A DNA stretch of 60,975 nucleotides from an uncultured Clostridia bacterium (GTDB lineage: Bacteria; Bacillota; Clostridia; TANB77; CAG-508): assembly GCA_947589835.1 (NCBI GenBank), contig CANQCT010000001.1:1-60975 (forward strand). Reading direction: 5' to 3'. Shown here one piece after another: positions 9,691-17,945 of the stretch (position 1 is the first letter of the stretch; the number at the start of each line of letters is the position of its first letter). Below the pieces are notes generated by a model, which was not told the origin of the DNA, made no database searches, and saw nothing but the letters and a program-made list of their open reading frames with translations. The position numbers and the translations under genes are program-made.

Positions 9691-10596
9691 CTACACTTTA
9701 AATATTCTTTCTGCATTTTCATAAGTAATTTTAGCAATTTTTTCTACTAGCAAGCCTTTTACTGTAGCTATTTTTTCTGCTATGTATATTACATTACTAG
9801 AGTCATTGCGTGTTCCACGTTTTGGCTCTGGTGCAAGGTATGGGCTATCGGTTTCTATTAATATTTTATCTAATGGAACTGCATTTATTGCATCTACTGC
9901 ATTTTTTGAGTTTTTAAATGTTATTGGTCCTGCAAATGAAATGTAAAAGCCTAATTTTAGGCCTTCACGAATTAAGTCTAAATTTAATGGGCAACAATGG
10001 AATACTCCTTTATTAATAGCAGGATTTGCTTTTAGTATTTCTAATGTGTCAAAAATGGCTTCTCTTGTATGTATTACTATTGGCAAGTTTAGTTTATTTG
10101 CAAGGTCAATTTGCTTTTTGAAAATTATTTTTTGTGCTTCTTTATTTTCTTTATTCCAGTAATAGTCTAGCCCTATTTCGCCTATTGCTACTACTTTTGG
10201 ACATTTTGCTAATTCTTCTATTTTTTCTAGTTGTTTCTGTAAATTTTGGTTTATATTTTGTTTTATTTGTTCTTTTGCTTTTTCTTTTGTATTTTCTTTT
10301 ATTTCTTCTTTTGTATTTTCATTTATTACATTTAATTCTTTTTCTTGTTTTATTTTATTATATTGTTCAAATTCTTCTACTTGTAAATTTTCAATATCGT
10401 TTGGAGATATGCCAACAGTAGCATAAACAAAATCGTGTGCTTTTGCAATTTCTACTGCTTTTTTTGAAGCTTCTAAATTATAGCCTGCACATACTAGTTT
10501 TGTAACACCTGTTTTATAAACTTTATCTAATATTTGTTCTTTATCTTGCTCAAATTTTTCATCATTATAATGAGAATGCGAGTCGAAAAGCTCCAT
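9691..10596 (-). CDS. tatD: TatD-family metal-dependent deoxyribonuclease/hydrolase
   Basis: MELFDSHSHYND...GEIGLDYYW...PIVIHTREA...ETDSPYLAP. Carries a low-complexity Lys/Glu/Asn insertion. Start set at MELFDSHSH after AAAGGAGAAAAAATA; the longest ORF runs to 10638. Confidence 0.88.
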   Translation of the reverse strand: MELFDSHSHYNDEKFEQDKEQILDKVYKTGVTKLVCAGYNLEASKKAVEIAKAHDFVYATVGISPNDIENLQVEEFEQYNKIKQEKELNVINENTKEEIKENTKEKAKEQIKQNINQNLQKQLEKIEELAKCPKVVAIGEIGLDYYWNKENKEAQKIIFKKQIDLANKLNLPIVIHTREAIFDTLEILKANPAINKGVFHCCPLNLDLIREGLKLGFYISFAGPITFKNSKNAVDAINAVPLDKILIETDSPYLAPEPKRGTRNDSSNVIYIAEKIATVKGLLVEKIAKITYENAERIFKV

Positions 10597-10717
10597 TATT
10601 TTTTCTCCTTTTATTTTAACTTTAAAAAAATAGGACATTTTTACTAAAAATTCAAAATTAAAAACGGGACATTTTTACTAAAAATTCACAAAGCTCCATT
10701 ATTTTTTCTCCTTTTAA

Positions 10718-10746
10718 TTGACATACAAAAATTTTTTTAGTATAAT
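10718..10746 (+). promoter_or_regulatory. Consensus sigma-A type promoter driving the candidate antitoxin sRNA
   Basis: TTGACA (10718-10723), 17-nt spacer, TATAAT (10741-10746). Confidence 0.7.
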
Positions 10747-10752
10747 ATAGTT

Positions 10753-10835
10753 AGAAAATGAGAAACCACAAAGGTGGTTGCCAGTAGGTATGAAAAAACA
10801 CATCTAACTGTCAATTGTACAGATGTGTTTTTTTA
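10753..10835 (+). ncRNA. Candidate small RNA (putative type I antitoxin), about 80 nt
   Basis: Starts about 7 nt after the consensus promoter. Internal hairpin AACCAC-AAAG-GTGGTT. Ends at the bidirectional terminator ACACATCT...AGATGTGT plus T-run (10797-10834). No ORF. Convergent with, and 3'-overlapping, the small hydrophobic ORF transcript. Confidence 0.5.
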
Positions 10836-10840
10836 TTGGT

Positions 10841-10960
10841 TTATTTTCTTTTGCTTAAAATTATTGCTAACGCTATAATTAAGGCAAAAGCTATGATAGT
10901 TATTGTTAATAGTGAAAAAAATAATATGTAAATAATTGTTATTAAATATGTTTCTATCAT
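10841..10960 (-). CDS. 39-aa hydrophobic peptide, candidate type I toxin
   Basis: Hand translation gives MIETYLITIIYILFFSLLTITIIAFALIIALAIILSKRK. Strong SD GGAGGTGA 5 nt upstream of the ATG. The SD can pair with upstream GCCTCC. Too short for the ORF track. Confidence 0.55.
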   Translation of the reverse strand: MIETYLITIIYILFFSLLTITIIAFALIIALAIILSKRK

Positions 10961-11019
10961 AAGCCTCACCTCCTTATTGGAGGCAACCACATCTGCTTTT
11001 CTCATTTTCTATAACAAAT

Positions 11020-11048
11020 ACTATATATTAAATCATATTAAAAATCAA
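11020..11048 (-). promoter_or_regulatory. Putative promoter of the toxin mRNA
   Basis: Minus strand reads TTGATT, 17 nt, TATAGT. The predicted transcript begins with the same TAGAAAATGAGAAA as the sRNA. Confidence 0.45.
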
Positions 11049-11072
11049 GTATATACAAGTAAATTTTTACTT

Positions 11073-11450
11073 TTAGGTTTCAAATAGCACTGTATAACTT
11101 GCTACTGCATAATCTTTTAAATGTGAAAGGCTTAAATCCATATCTATAATTCCACTTATTTTTAATTTTTCTAAGTTTACAGTAGGCTTTCCACTTTTTT
11201 CATTTTTTACTTCGATTTTGTTTAAAATATTATCTTCGCTTTCGGAAATTTTAAAAGATATTGCTTTGAAAACCGCTTCTTTTGCTGCAAATCTAGCTGC
11301 ATAATGTTGGTATTTCATTGCTTTTGTATTTTCGCAATATTCTATTTCGGCTTTAGTATATACGTTATTTAAAAATGCCTCGCCTTGCCTTTGTATTGCT
11401 TCTTTTATTCTTTCTACTTCTATAATATCTACACCAGTTTGTATTTTCAT
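11073..11450 (-). CDS. acpS: Holo-[acyl-carrier-protein] synthase (4'-phosphopantetheinyl transferase)
   Basis: 125 aa. GVDIIEVERI...FAAKEAVFKA...SLSH motifs. Confidence 0.9.
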   Translation of the reverse strand: MKIQTGVDIIEVERIKEAIQRQGEAFLNNVYTKAEIEYCENTKAMKYQHYAARFAAKEAVFKAISFKISESEDNILNKIEVKNEKSGKPTVNLEKLKISGIIDMDLSLSHLKDYAVASYTVLFET

Positions 11451-11628
11451 TGATTTTGCTCACTTTCATTAAAACTGTATTAACTATACTTCTTTAGTTT
11501 AATATTAAGTATTTTATATGTTTTATTATATTTAGTTATTTTAAATTTTTAGTAAAATATATAATTAGTTATTTTTTATTAAATATGTACTTTTTGACAA
11601 TGTTTTTTATTATTTATTATTAATGTGC

Positions 11629-12978
11629 TTATTTTCTAATAATTCCTATTAATATATTTATTATGGTTAAAATGGCTATTATTATAATAAAATGTATATT
11701 TTGCTTTTTATTTTTTGTAATTTCATGTTCTTTGTATAATAATTCATATTTGCTTTTTAATTTTTCATAAGTTTCTTCTAGGCTTTGTGCTTTTTTATTA
11801 TATTTTTCTAATATTATGCCTTTTGTGTCATTTGTAACTTCATAAGACCAATCTTTTTGGGCAAAATTCAAAAATTCTTTATATGATTTTTCGTTTTTTT
11901 CATTTTTAGAAATTTCATAATTTAATTTTTTTAAGTAAATTTTTTGGTGCAAGTCATATAAAAAGTGATAAAGCTCCTCGTTTTCATATTGAAATAATAA
12001 ACTTGTATAATTTTTTATATTGCTTGCAGAAGTTAGCAACACATTACTATTATTAGAAAAGCCATAATATAAATATTTTTCTTTATAAACTAGCTCTTTT
12101 TCATATTTGCTATTTGCTGTAACATCATCAATATGCTCAGATGCTGGGAAAATTTTACGATATTTTTCAAATTCTTTTTCAAGTGTAATTAAATCTGTGT
12201 TTTCATTCCAGCTATCTTGCTCTAAACAAACATAGCTATATGTAATTAATCGTTCTGTGTCTGTATTTGCTTTTCTATCTATTAAGTTGCAATTTATAGT
12301 TTCTTGCGATTTTTTTGCATTTGTATAATTTCCTGGCAAATTATATGCTTTAATTTTTTGATTGCTTTCTTCATTTATATTTGATGGCGCATTTAGCAAA
12401 TTTTGCCCTGAAATTTCTTTTAAAAATTCTTCAAAGTTTTGCATATTATTTAATTTTTGTGTTTGAATTTTTATGTTGTCATATTCTTTTTTGTGCCCAA
12501 TTTTTGAATTAATATCTCTAAATTTATAATTAAAGTTTAATACATCTGAAAAATTATTTGAGTTTAATACTGTTTTTATTAATAAAAAACAAATTCCAGT
12601 AGCAAAACAAATAATTTCTATTTTTGATATATCAAAAAATATTCCGTTTTCTTCACCTATTTTGGCTGGAACATCTTGTTCTAAGCTATATTCAAAAAAT
12701 GCAGAATACTCACCACTTAATATATTTGCTTTCATTTTTGTGTCCATTTCTTCATAGCTTTTTATTCCATCTTGGGTTAAATATAATGACCAAAATAATT
12801 TATTTTTTATTTCTGGAAGAAAATAGGAGTCTATATCAATGTCTTTTTTTCTATCGAATATTTTTAGCTTACATTTTTTATTTTTTAAGAGACTATACAA
12901 ATAATTTGCATAGTCTTTTTTTTCTATTAAATATGGATAAATAAAATATGTATATTGATACTTTGTCTTTAGTTCCAT
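11629..12978 (-). CDS. Hypothetical protein with a C-terminal TM anchor
   Basis: 449-aa ORF with RBS AAAAAGGAGAG. C-terminal IHFIIIIAILTIINILIGII. No family recognised. Confidence 0.6.
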   Translation of the reverse strand: MELKTKYQYTYFIYPYLIEKKDYANYLYSLLKNKKCKLKIFDRKKDIDIDSYFLPEIKNKLFWSLYLTQDGIKSYEEMDTKMKANILSGEYSAFFEYSLEQDVPAKIGEENGIFFDISKIEIICFATGICFLLIKTVLNSNNFSDVLNFNYKFRDINSKIGHKKEYDNIKIQTQKLNNMQNFEEFLKEISGQNLLNAPSNINEESNQKIKAYNLPGNYTNAKKSQETINCNLIDRKANTDTERLITYSYVCLEQDSWNENTDLITLEKEFEKYRKIFPASEHIDDVTANSKYEKELVYKEKYLYYGFSNNSNVLLTSASNIKNYTSLLFQYENEELYHFLYDLHQKIYLKKLNYEISKNEKNEKSYKEFLNFAQKDWSYEVTNDTKGIILEKYNKKAQSLEETYEKLKSKYELLYKEHEITKNKKQNIHFIIIIAILTIINILIGIIRK

Positions 12979-13057
12979 GGTCTCTCCTTTTTCAAATGTA
13001 TAGGTTTGTTGGACCTGTCCCTAATTGCCCCAAAAGGGGAAAAAGGGACTGTCCCTT

Positions 13058-14581
13058 TTAATCTGTGTAGTAGTTTAGATTTAAGTCTTCTCCTCTATGC
13101 CATTTGTTAATAAATTCTATTACATAACTGTTTTCTAGTTTATAGGCTGGCACTATTACTTCTTCACCTTTTGAATTTATGCAACCCCACATTCCATCTT
13201 GTTTTACGCTTGCATAGCCAAATTCGTTTTGTTCTTTTGCATCGTCATAAATGTAATCTACCACTACTACTCCGTTTTTATTAACGTAGCCGTATTTTCC
13301 GTCTTTTTTATCTAGGAATATAGTATTTGTAGTAAGTAGTTCTTTGTTGCTTTTTTCTTCGAATTTAAAGTTATAATATTTGTATTCTGAGTCTGTTCTG
13401 ATTTGCATATAGCCATTTTGTAGGTTTAATTCTGATAAAATTCCTGATAGTTTTACTGTGAAGTCTTTTCCTATGAAATCAGATTCTGTTTGATTTTTTT
13501 TGTTTCCTTCGAAGAAGCCTGCATCTTCTCTGTATATAAGTGTTTCATATTCTGGCTTAAGAACTGTTTCTCCTTCTAGGTTTATAATGCCGTAATTTCC
13601 GTTTTCTTTGTAAATATAGTTATCTTCAAAGGCATATTGCATATTTTCATATTTTACAGGTATTTTTTGTTCTCCGTTTATTGTAAGAACTCCATATTTG
13701 TTATTTTGCTTAATTAATATGTTCTCTCCGTTAATTGAAAGTACATCGCTGAATTTATCTTTTAAATATGCTGTGCCTTCTTTGTTAACTATTTCCCAAG
13801 TTTTGCCTTCTTTTACTACATATAGGTCTGATCCATAAATTTGCTTAATATCATCGTATTTTATTTCTAATGCTACTGATTTATCACGCCCAATAACTCC
13901 TTTTTTGTTTGAGTCATTTGTTACAATGTAGCCATTTTCAAATTTTTCAGATATTGGTGTGATTGCTTTGTAATTATTTTCTATGATTACCGAGCCTATA
14001 TTATCTACTAAGCCAAGCTTTCCATCCTTTTTGGTTACAAAGCTTTTTCCAACACCTTTTAGGGCTTGTATTGATTCATATTCACATTTTAAAAGTTCGG
14101 TTCCTTTATAGTCTACTAGGCCATATTTGTTATCTTTTTTTACTAATAATATGTCAGTTTCATAAGATAAGTTGTTGCTGGTATCATAGTTTTCTAGGGC
14201 TAATATTTCATCATAGCCTGTAATTATTTCTTCACCTTTGCTGTTTATTGCTTTTGTTTTGTATGTGTTTTTGTTATAATCTACATCATAAGTACATAAG
14301 AATACGTCTTTTTGATTATCTGGAATTATTATTGTTTCATCATATTCTGGTTTTATAACTATATCTCCTTTTGAGTTTATAACTCCCCATTTTCCATTTG
14401 TATATACTGTATAGTAGGCATTTGTTACTACTCTTTCATTTGTTTTATTTCCACTAAACATTTTTTTAATACTACTTATTGCCATAATTATTACAATAAA
14501 TGCTATTATTACTGCTACTACCTTTTTTATGTTTAGTTTTGGCTTTGTTCCTTCGTACCTTCTTCCTCGATTATTACTCAT
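13058..14581 (-). CDS. WG-repeat (KWG) containing protein with an N-terminal signal anchor
   Basis: Repeated units GKWGVINSKGDIVIKPEYD, NKYGLVDYKGTELLKCEYE, GKLGLVDNIGSVIIENNYK, GKYGYVNKNGVVVVDYIYD. Confidence 0.85.
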   Translation of the reverse strand: MSNNRGRRYEGTKPKLNIKKVVAVIIAFIVIIMAISSIKKMFSGNKTNERVVTNAYYTVYTNGKWGVINSKGDIVIKPEYDETIIIPDNQKDVFLCTYDVDYNKNTYKTKAINSKGEEIITGYDEILALENYDTSNNLSYETDILLVKKDNKYGLVDYKGTELLKCEYESIQALKGVGKSFVTKKDGKLGLVDNIGSVIIENNYKAITPISEKFENGYIVTNDSNKKGVIGRDKSVALEIKYDDIKQIYGSDLYVVKEGKTWEIVNKEGTAYLKDKFSDVLSINGENILIKQNNKYGVLTINGEQKIPVKYENMQYAFEDNYIYKENGNYGIINLEGETVLKPEYETLIYREDAGFFEGNKKNQTESDFIGKDFTVKLSGILSELNLQNGYMQIRTDSEYKYYNFKFEEKSNKELLTTNTIFLDKKDGKYGYVNKNGVVVVDYIYDDAKEQNEFGYASVKQDGMWGCINSKGEEVIVPAYKLENSYVIEFINKWHRGEDLNLNYYTD

Positions 14582-14714
14582 GAATTACCTCCAATTAAGA
14601 GCGAATATACAAATTTTAATTAATGTTTTGCTTTGTTTGATTTTTATAGTTTAATATTAAATGCTTAGTATTTAATATAATTGTAATGTTCGCACTTGTT
14701 TACTACCTAATACT

Positions 14715-14765
14715 AAAAATATGATATAGTATTAGCTGTTTTTATAGCTATACTATATCATATTT
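14715..14765 (-). terminator. Long hairpin terminator downstream of spoIIE
   Basis: 15-bp arms AAATATGATATAGTA / TACTATATCATATTT, followed by a T-run on the minus strand. Confidence 0.6.
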
Positions 14766-14862
14766 ATACATATTATGACAAGATTTTTGTTATAATTGTG
14801 CAAATTTTTTATATTTACAAAACAGGTAAAATAATAACTATTATATTAATTTATACATACTT

Positions 14863-17379
14863 CTAGATTTTTTTATTTATTTTACAAACAATGACTGTCA
14901 TATCATCTTTTTGCATTCCAAACTCGCTATCTATTGCTTCATTTAAAATCATATTTGCAATTTGCTTTGCGTCATCTGTTTGAAGGTCTTCTAAAAGATA
15001 TTTTACCCAAAGTTCTTTGTTTATGTATTCTGAGTTTGCTTCTATGATGCCATCTGTGCACATTACTAAAATGTCGCCATCTTGAAGGTCATAGTCATAT
15101 ACTACTAAATCTGTATTTTCTAATATGCCGGTAGGTAGGCTTAAGGATTTTAGAAGTTGTACTTCTTTATTTCTTTTTATAAAGGTTGGGCATGCTCCAT
15201 TTTTTATAAATTCCATATTGCCTGCATATAAGTCTAATATTTGAATATCAAGTGTTGCATACATATCTTCTTTTGTATTTGCTATTAATGTTGAGTTTAT
15301 AAGATTTAGGGATACTTCTTTATTAAAGCCTGCTTTTAGGAGCCTTTCTAGCATTTTAATTGCTATTTTGCTGCTTTTCATTGCTTCTGGGCCAGATCCC
15401 ATTCCATCACTAATTGCAAGTAAATATTTTCCATCTTCTAGTTTTTCTTCTACGTGGCTATCGCCAGATACTGGTGAGCCTTGCTTTGTGCTAGATGCTA
15501 CTCCTACTTGTAATTTATATTTGTCTTGCGAATAGTATGTAAATTTGCAGGCTGTCTTTTCTTCTCTTAGTCCACATTCTTGGCCTTGTATTATAAATTT
15601 GTGTTCTAATACTTTTTCTAAAATTTTTGATATTTTTTTGATGTCACATTTTTTTCCTTCTACATCATCACACAAATTAGTATATACTTCTATAAAGTAT
15701 CTGCCTGAAGTGTTTTGTTTTATTTTTATGTTGTTTACCGCAATTTCTTTTTGCTCTAGTAATGACATTATTTCCTTTTTTTGAGCTTCAAATTCGTCTT
15801 TTTCTTCGCTTTGCATTTCTTTTGCCATAGAAGATATTGCTTTTGATACGCCATCTAATTGTGATGATAGGCTTTTTTTGTTTTCTTCCATTTTCTTTTT
15901 CCAAATGAAGTTCATTTTGCTAATACGGTATGAGTGATTTATTGCTTTTATCATTTTAGAAACGTCATTTTGAACTTGTTCATCTTTTTCTTTAAAGCCT
16001 ATGATGTAATGGTTATGCTCTTCAAATATGTTTACTAGTTCTTTTTCTGTAATTAGTTCGTGTTTCAATAAGTGCTCGAATATGCTGTCTAAAATTTCGT
16101 CTCTATTTTCTAATATGTCTTCGTAAAGTATGTTGTTTTCTAGCTCTTCTAAGTTTACTTCTAATTCTTCTTTAAAGATTTGTTCATTTGAAAGTTCTTG
16201 CTCTTTTAAGTCTTTTTCATCTAAAATTGTGCTTGCTGCTTCTTCATAACTTTTTGCTAAATCGCTAATTGCTTCTGACATACTGTTTAGTTTAAATATG
16301 GTGTCTTGATTTTCGCTTAAGGTTCTACTTGTGGTTTCTGGAAGTAGTTTATTTTTTCCATATAAGTCTTCAATATTTATTTCAAATCGTTTTGGCAGTG
16401 CAAGTAGTCCTAAAAATGCGATTAATATTTCTTGAAACATTATTACTGGAATTGTAGCACCATTTGATACATATGTTAGTAATATATTTCCTAATATAAA
16501 GCCTATTACTACACCTATTTTTCCTAGTTTATAAAATAGGCCTGCAAGCATTCCTGAAATTGCATAAGTTGCTACTACTAGTGGGTCGCTACTTTGTATT
16601 ATTCCTAATACTACTCCTATGGTAATTCCACCTGTTGCGCCTACTAGCATACCATTTTTCCAGCCTAATATTAATACAAGTAAGATACTTAAAATATTTT
16701 TTAAGCTAAAGCCGAAAATGCTAAAATCGCCTAAGGCGCAAATTGCAATTGCTATAAGCAAGCTTGTTCCAATTACTTCTTCTATTGAGAATGCTTTTTT
16801 TGCTCCAAATTCTTCTATCATAAATATTGAGTTTGCGAATATTTTATAAAATACATAAGATGAAATTGCAAGCATTATACTTGTTAATAAGTCGTATATG
16901 TAAAAACTTCTGAAAAACATTGGCACTACTTGTACGGCCAAAACTGCTAAAAATAAGTGAACTCCTAGCCTTCTTTGCTCATTTACATTTTCTACTTCTT
17001 TTGGTCTTTTTATTAGTACAAATACGAAAAATACTAAGGTTGTTAGAAAATATATTAGCAGGCTATTTGCACCAAATGCTATAAATGTTCCAATTAATGT
17101 TAAAATATATGTAACACCAATTGATTTGTAATTGCTTAGCATTGCTGCTATAAAGCTTATTGCAAATGGGCTCATACTTAATATTATGCTTTGGCTTTTA
17201 AAGCCTACCATTGAGACTGCAAATGCTACTATAAAAAGGATAATTTTTTGTAAGCAGAATAAGCCTTTTAAAATTTCTTTTATAGGCATTTTTCCTTGTT
17301 TAATAGTATTTTGTTCTTGATTAATAGTTTGTTCTTCGTTTGCTTGATATTCTATATTTTTTTGTATATTTTGAAACAC
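14863..17379 (-). CDS. spoIIE: Stage II sporulation protein E (membrane-bound PP2C phosphatase)
   Basis: 838 aa. About 10 N-terminal TM helices and a C-terminal PP2C domain (GDSH...LAISDGMGSGPEA...CTDGI...DDMTVIV). GTG start after AGAGGTGG. Confidence 0.92.
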   Translation of the reverse strand: MFQNIQKNIEYQANEEQTINQEQNTIKQGKMPIKEILKGLFCLQKIILFIVAFAVSMVGFKSQSIILSMSPFAISFIAAMLSNYKSIGVTYILTLIGTFIAFGANSLLIYFLTTLVFFVFVLIKRPKEVENVNEQRRLGVHLFLAVLAVQVVPMFFRSFYIYDLLTSIMLAISSYVFYKIFANSIFMIEEFGAKKAFSIEEVIGTSLLIAIAICALGDFSIFGFSLKNILSILLVLILGWKNGMLVGATGGITIGVVLGIIQSSDPLVVATYAISGMLAGLFYKLGKIGVVIGFILGNILLTYVSNGATIPVIMFQEILIAFLGLLALPKRFEINIEDLYGKNKLLPETTSRTLSENQDTIFKLNSMSEAISDLAKSYEEAASTILDEKDLKEQELSNEQIFKEELEVNLEELENNILYEDILENRDEILDSIFEHLLKHELITEKELVNIFEEHNHYIIGFKEKDEQVQNDVSKMIKAINHSYRISKMNFIWKKKMEENKKSLSSQLDGVSKAISSMAKEMQSEEKDEFEAQKKEIMSLLEQKEIAVNNIKIKQNTSGRYFIEVYTNLCDDVEGKKCDIKKISKILEKVLEHKFIIQGQECGLREEKTACKFTYYSQDKYKLQVGVASSTKQGSPVSGDSHVEEKLEDGKYLLAISDGMGSGPEAMKSSKIAIKMLERLLKAGFNKEVSLNLINSTLIANTKEDMYATLDIQILDLYAGNMEFIKNGACPTFIKRNKEVQLLKSLSLPTGILENTDLVVYDYDLQDGDILVMCTDGIIEANSEYINKELWVKYLLEDLQTDDAKQIANMILNEAIDSEFGMQKDDMTVIVCKINKKI

Positions 17380-17598
17380 TTTGTGACCACCTCTACTTTT
17401 TTAATTTGCTTATTATTGTAGTACAAGTTGTTTAAAATATTTGTCATTTTATATACACAAATTAAAAAAGTTTTCTTCTAATTTTGCCATCTTTTGTGTT
17501 TATTTTACTTTTTAAAACTTTTACTGTTTTATATTTTATCGTAAAATGTTCAAAAATACAAGGTTTTGGCAATTCTTTATTTAGATTTTATTATTAAT

Positions 17599-17712
17599 GC
17601 TATAATAGTACTATTTTTCGCAGTTTTGAGAGGTCCCGTTCTGACTTTGCTTCTTTGAACTGTCAACTGCAACGGGCAATTTGAAAAACAAGAAAACTAG
17701 TACTATTTAAAA
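17599..17712 (+). repeat. Palindromic ~115-nt repeat, copy 3 (first of a tandem pair)
   Basis: Same core as copy 1. The 3' outer arm has diverged. Confidence 0.88.
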
Positions 17713-17729
17713 TTCATAACTAGATTAAT

Positions 17730-17842
17730 GCTATAATAGTACTATTTTTCGCAGTTTTGAAAGGTCCCGTTCTGACCTTTCTTCTTTGAGCCTACTTCTT
17801 GGGCGGGCATTTGAAAAACAAGAAAACTAGTACTATTATAGC
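17730..17842 (+). repeat. Palindromic ~115-nt repeat, copy 4 (second of a tandem pair)
   Basis: GCTATAATAGTACT...AGTACTATTATAGC outer stem. Inner stem CCCGTT/GGCGGG has two U-G wobbles on the + strand. Confidence 0.9.
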
Positions 17843-17945
17843 ATAAGTATAATTATAACTAGACTATAAGAAATTGCAAAAAGAGAATACTTGCCAATTA
17901 TATGGCAAAATATTCCCTTTTAATGCTACCTTACTAATTTTAAAA

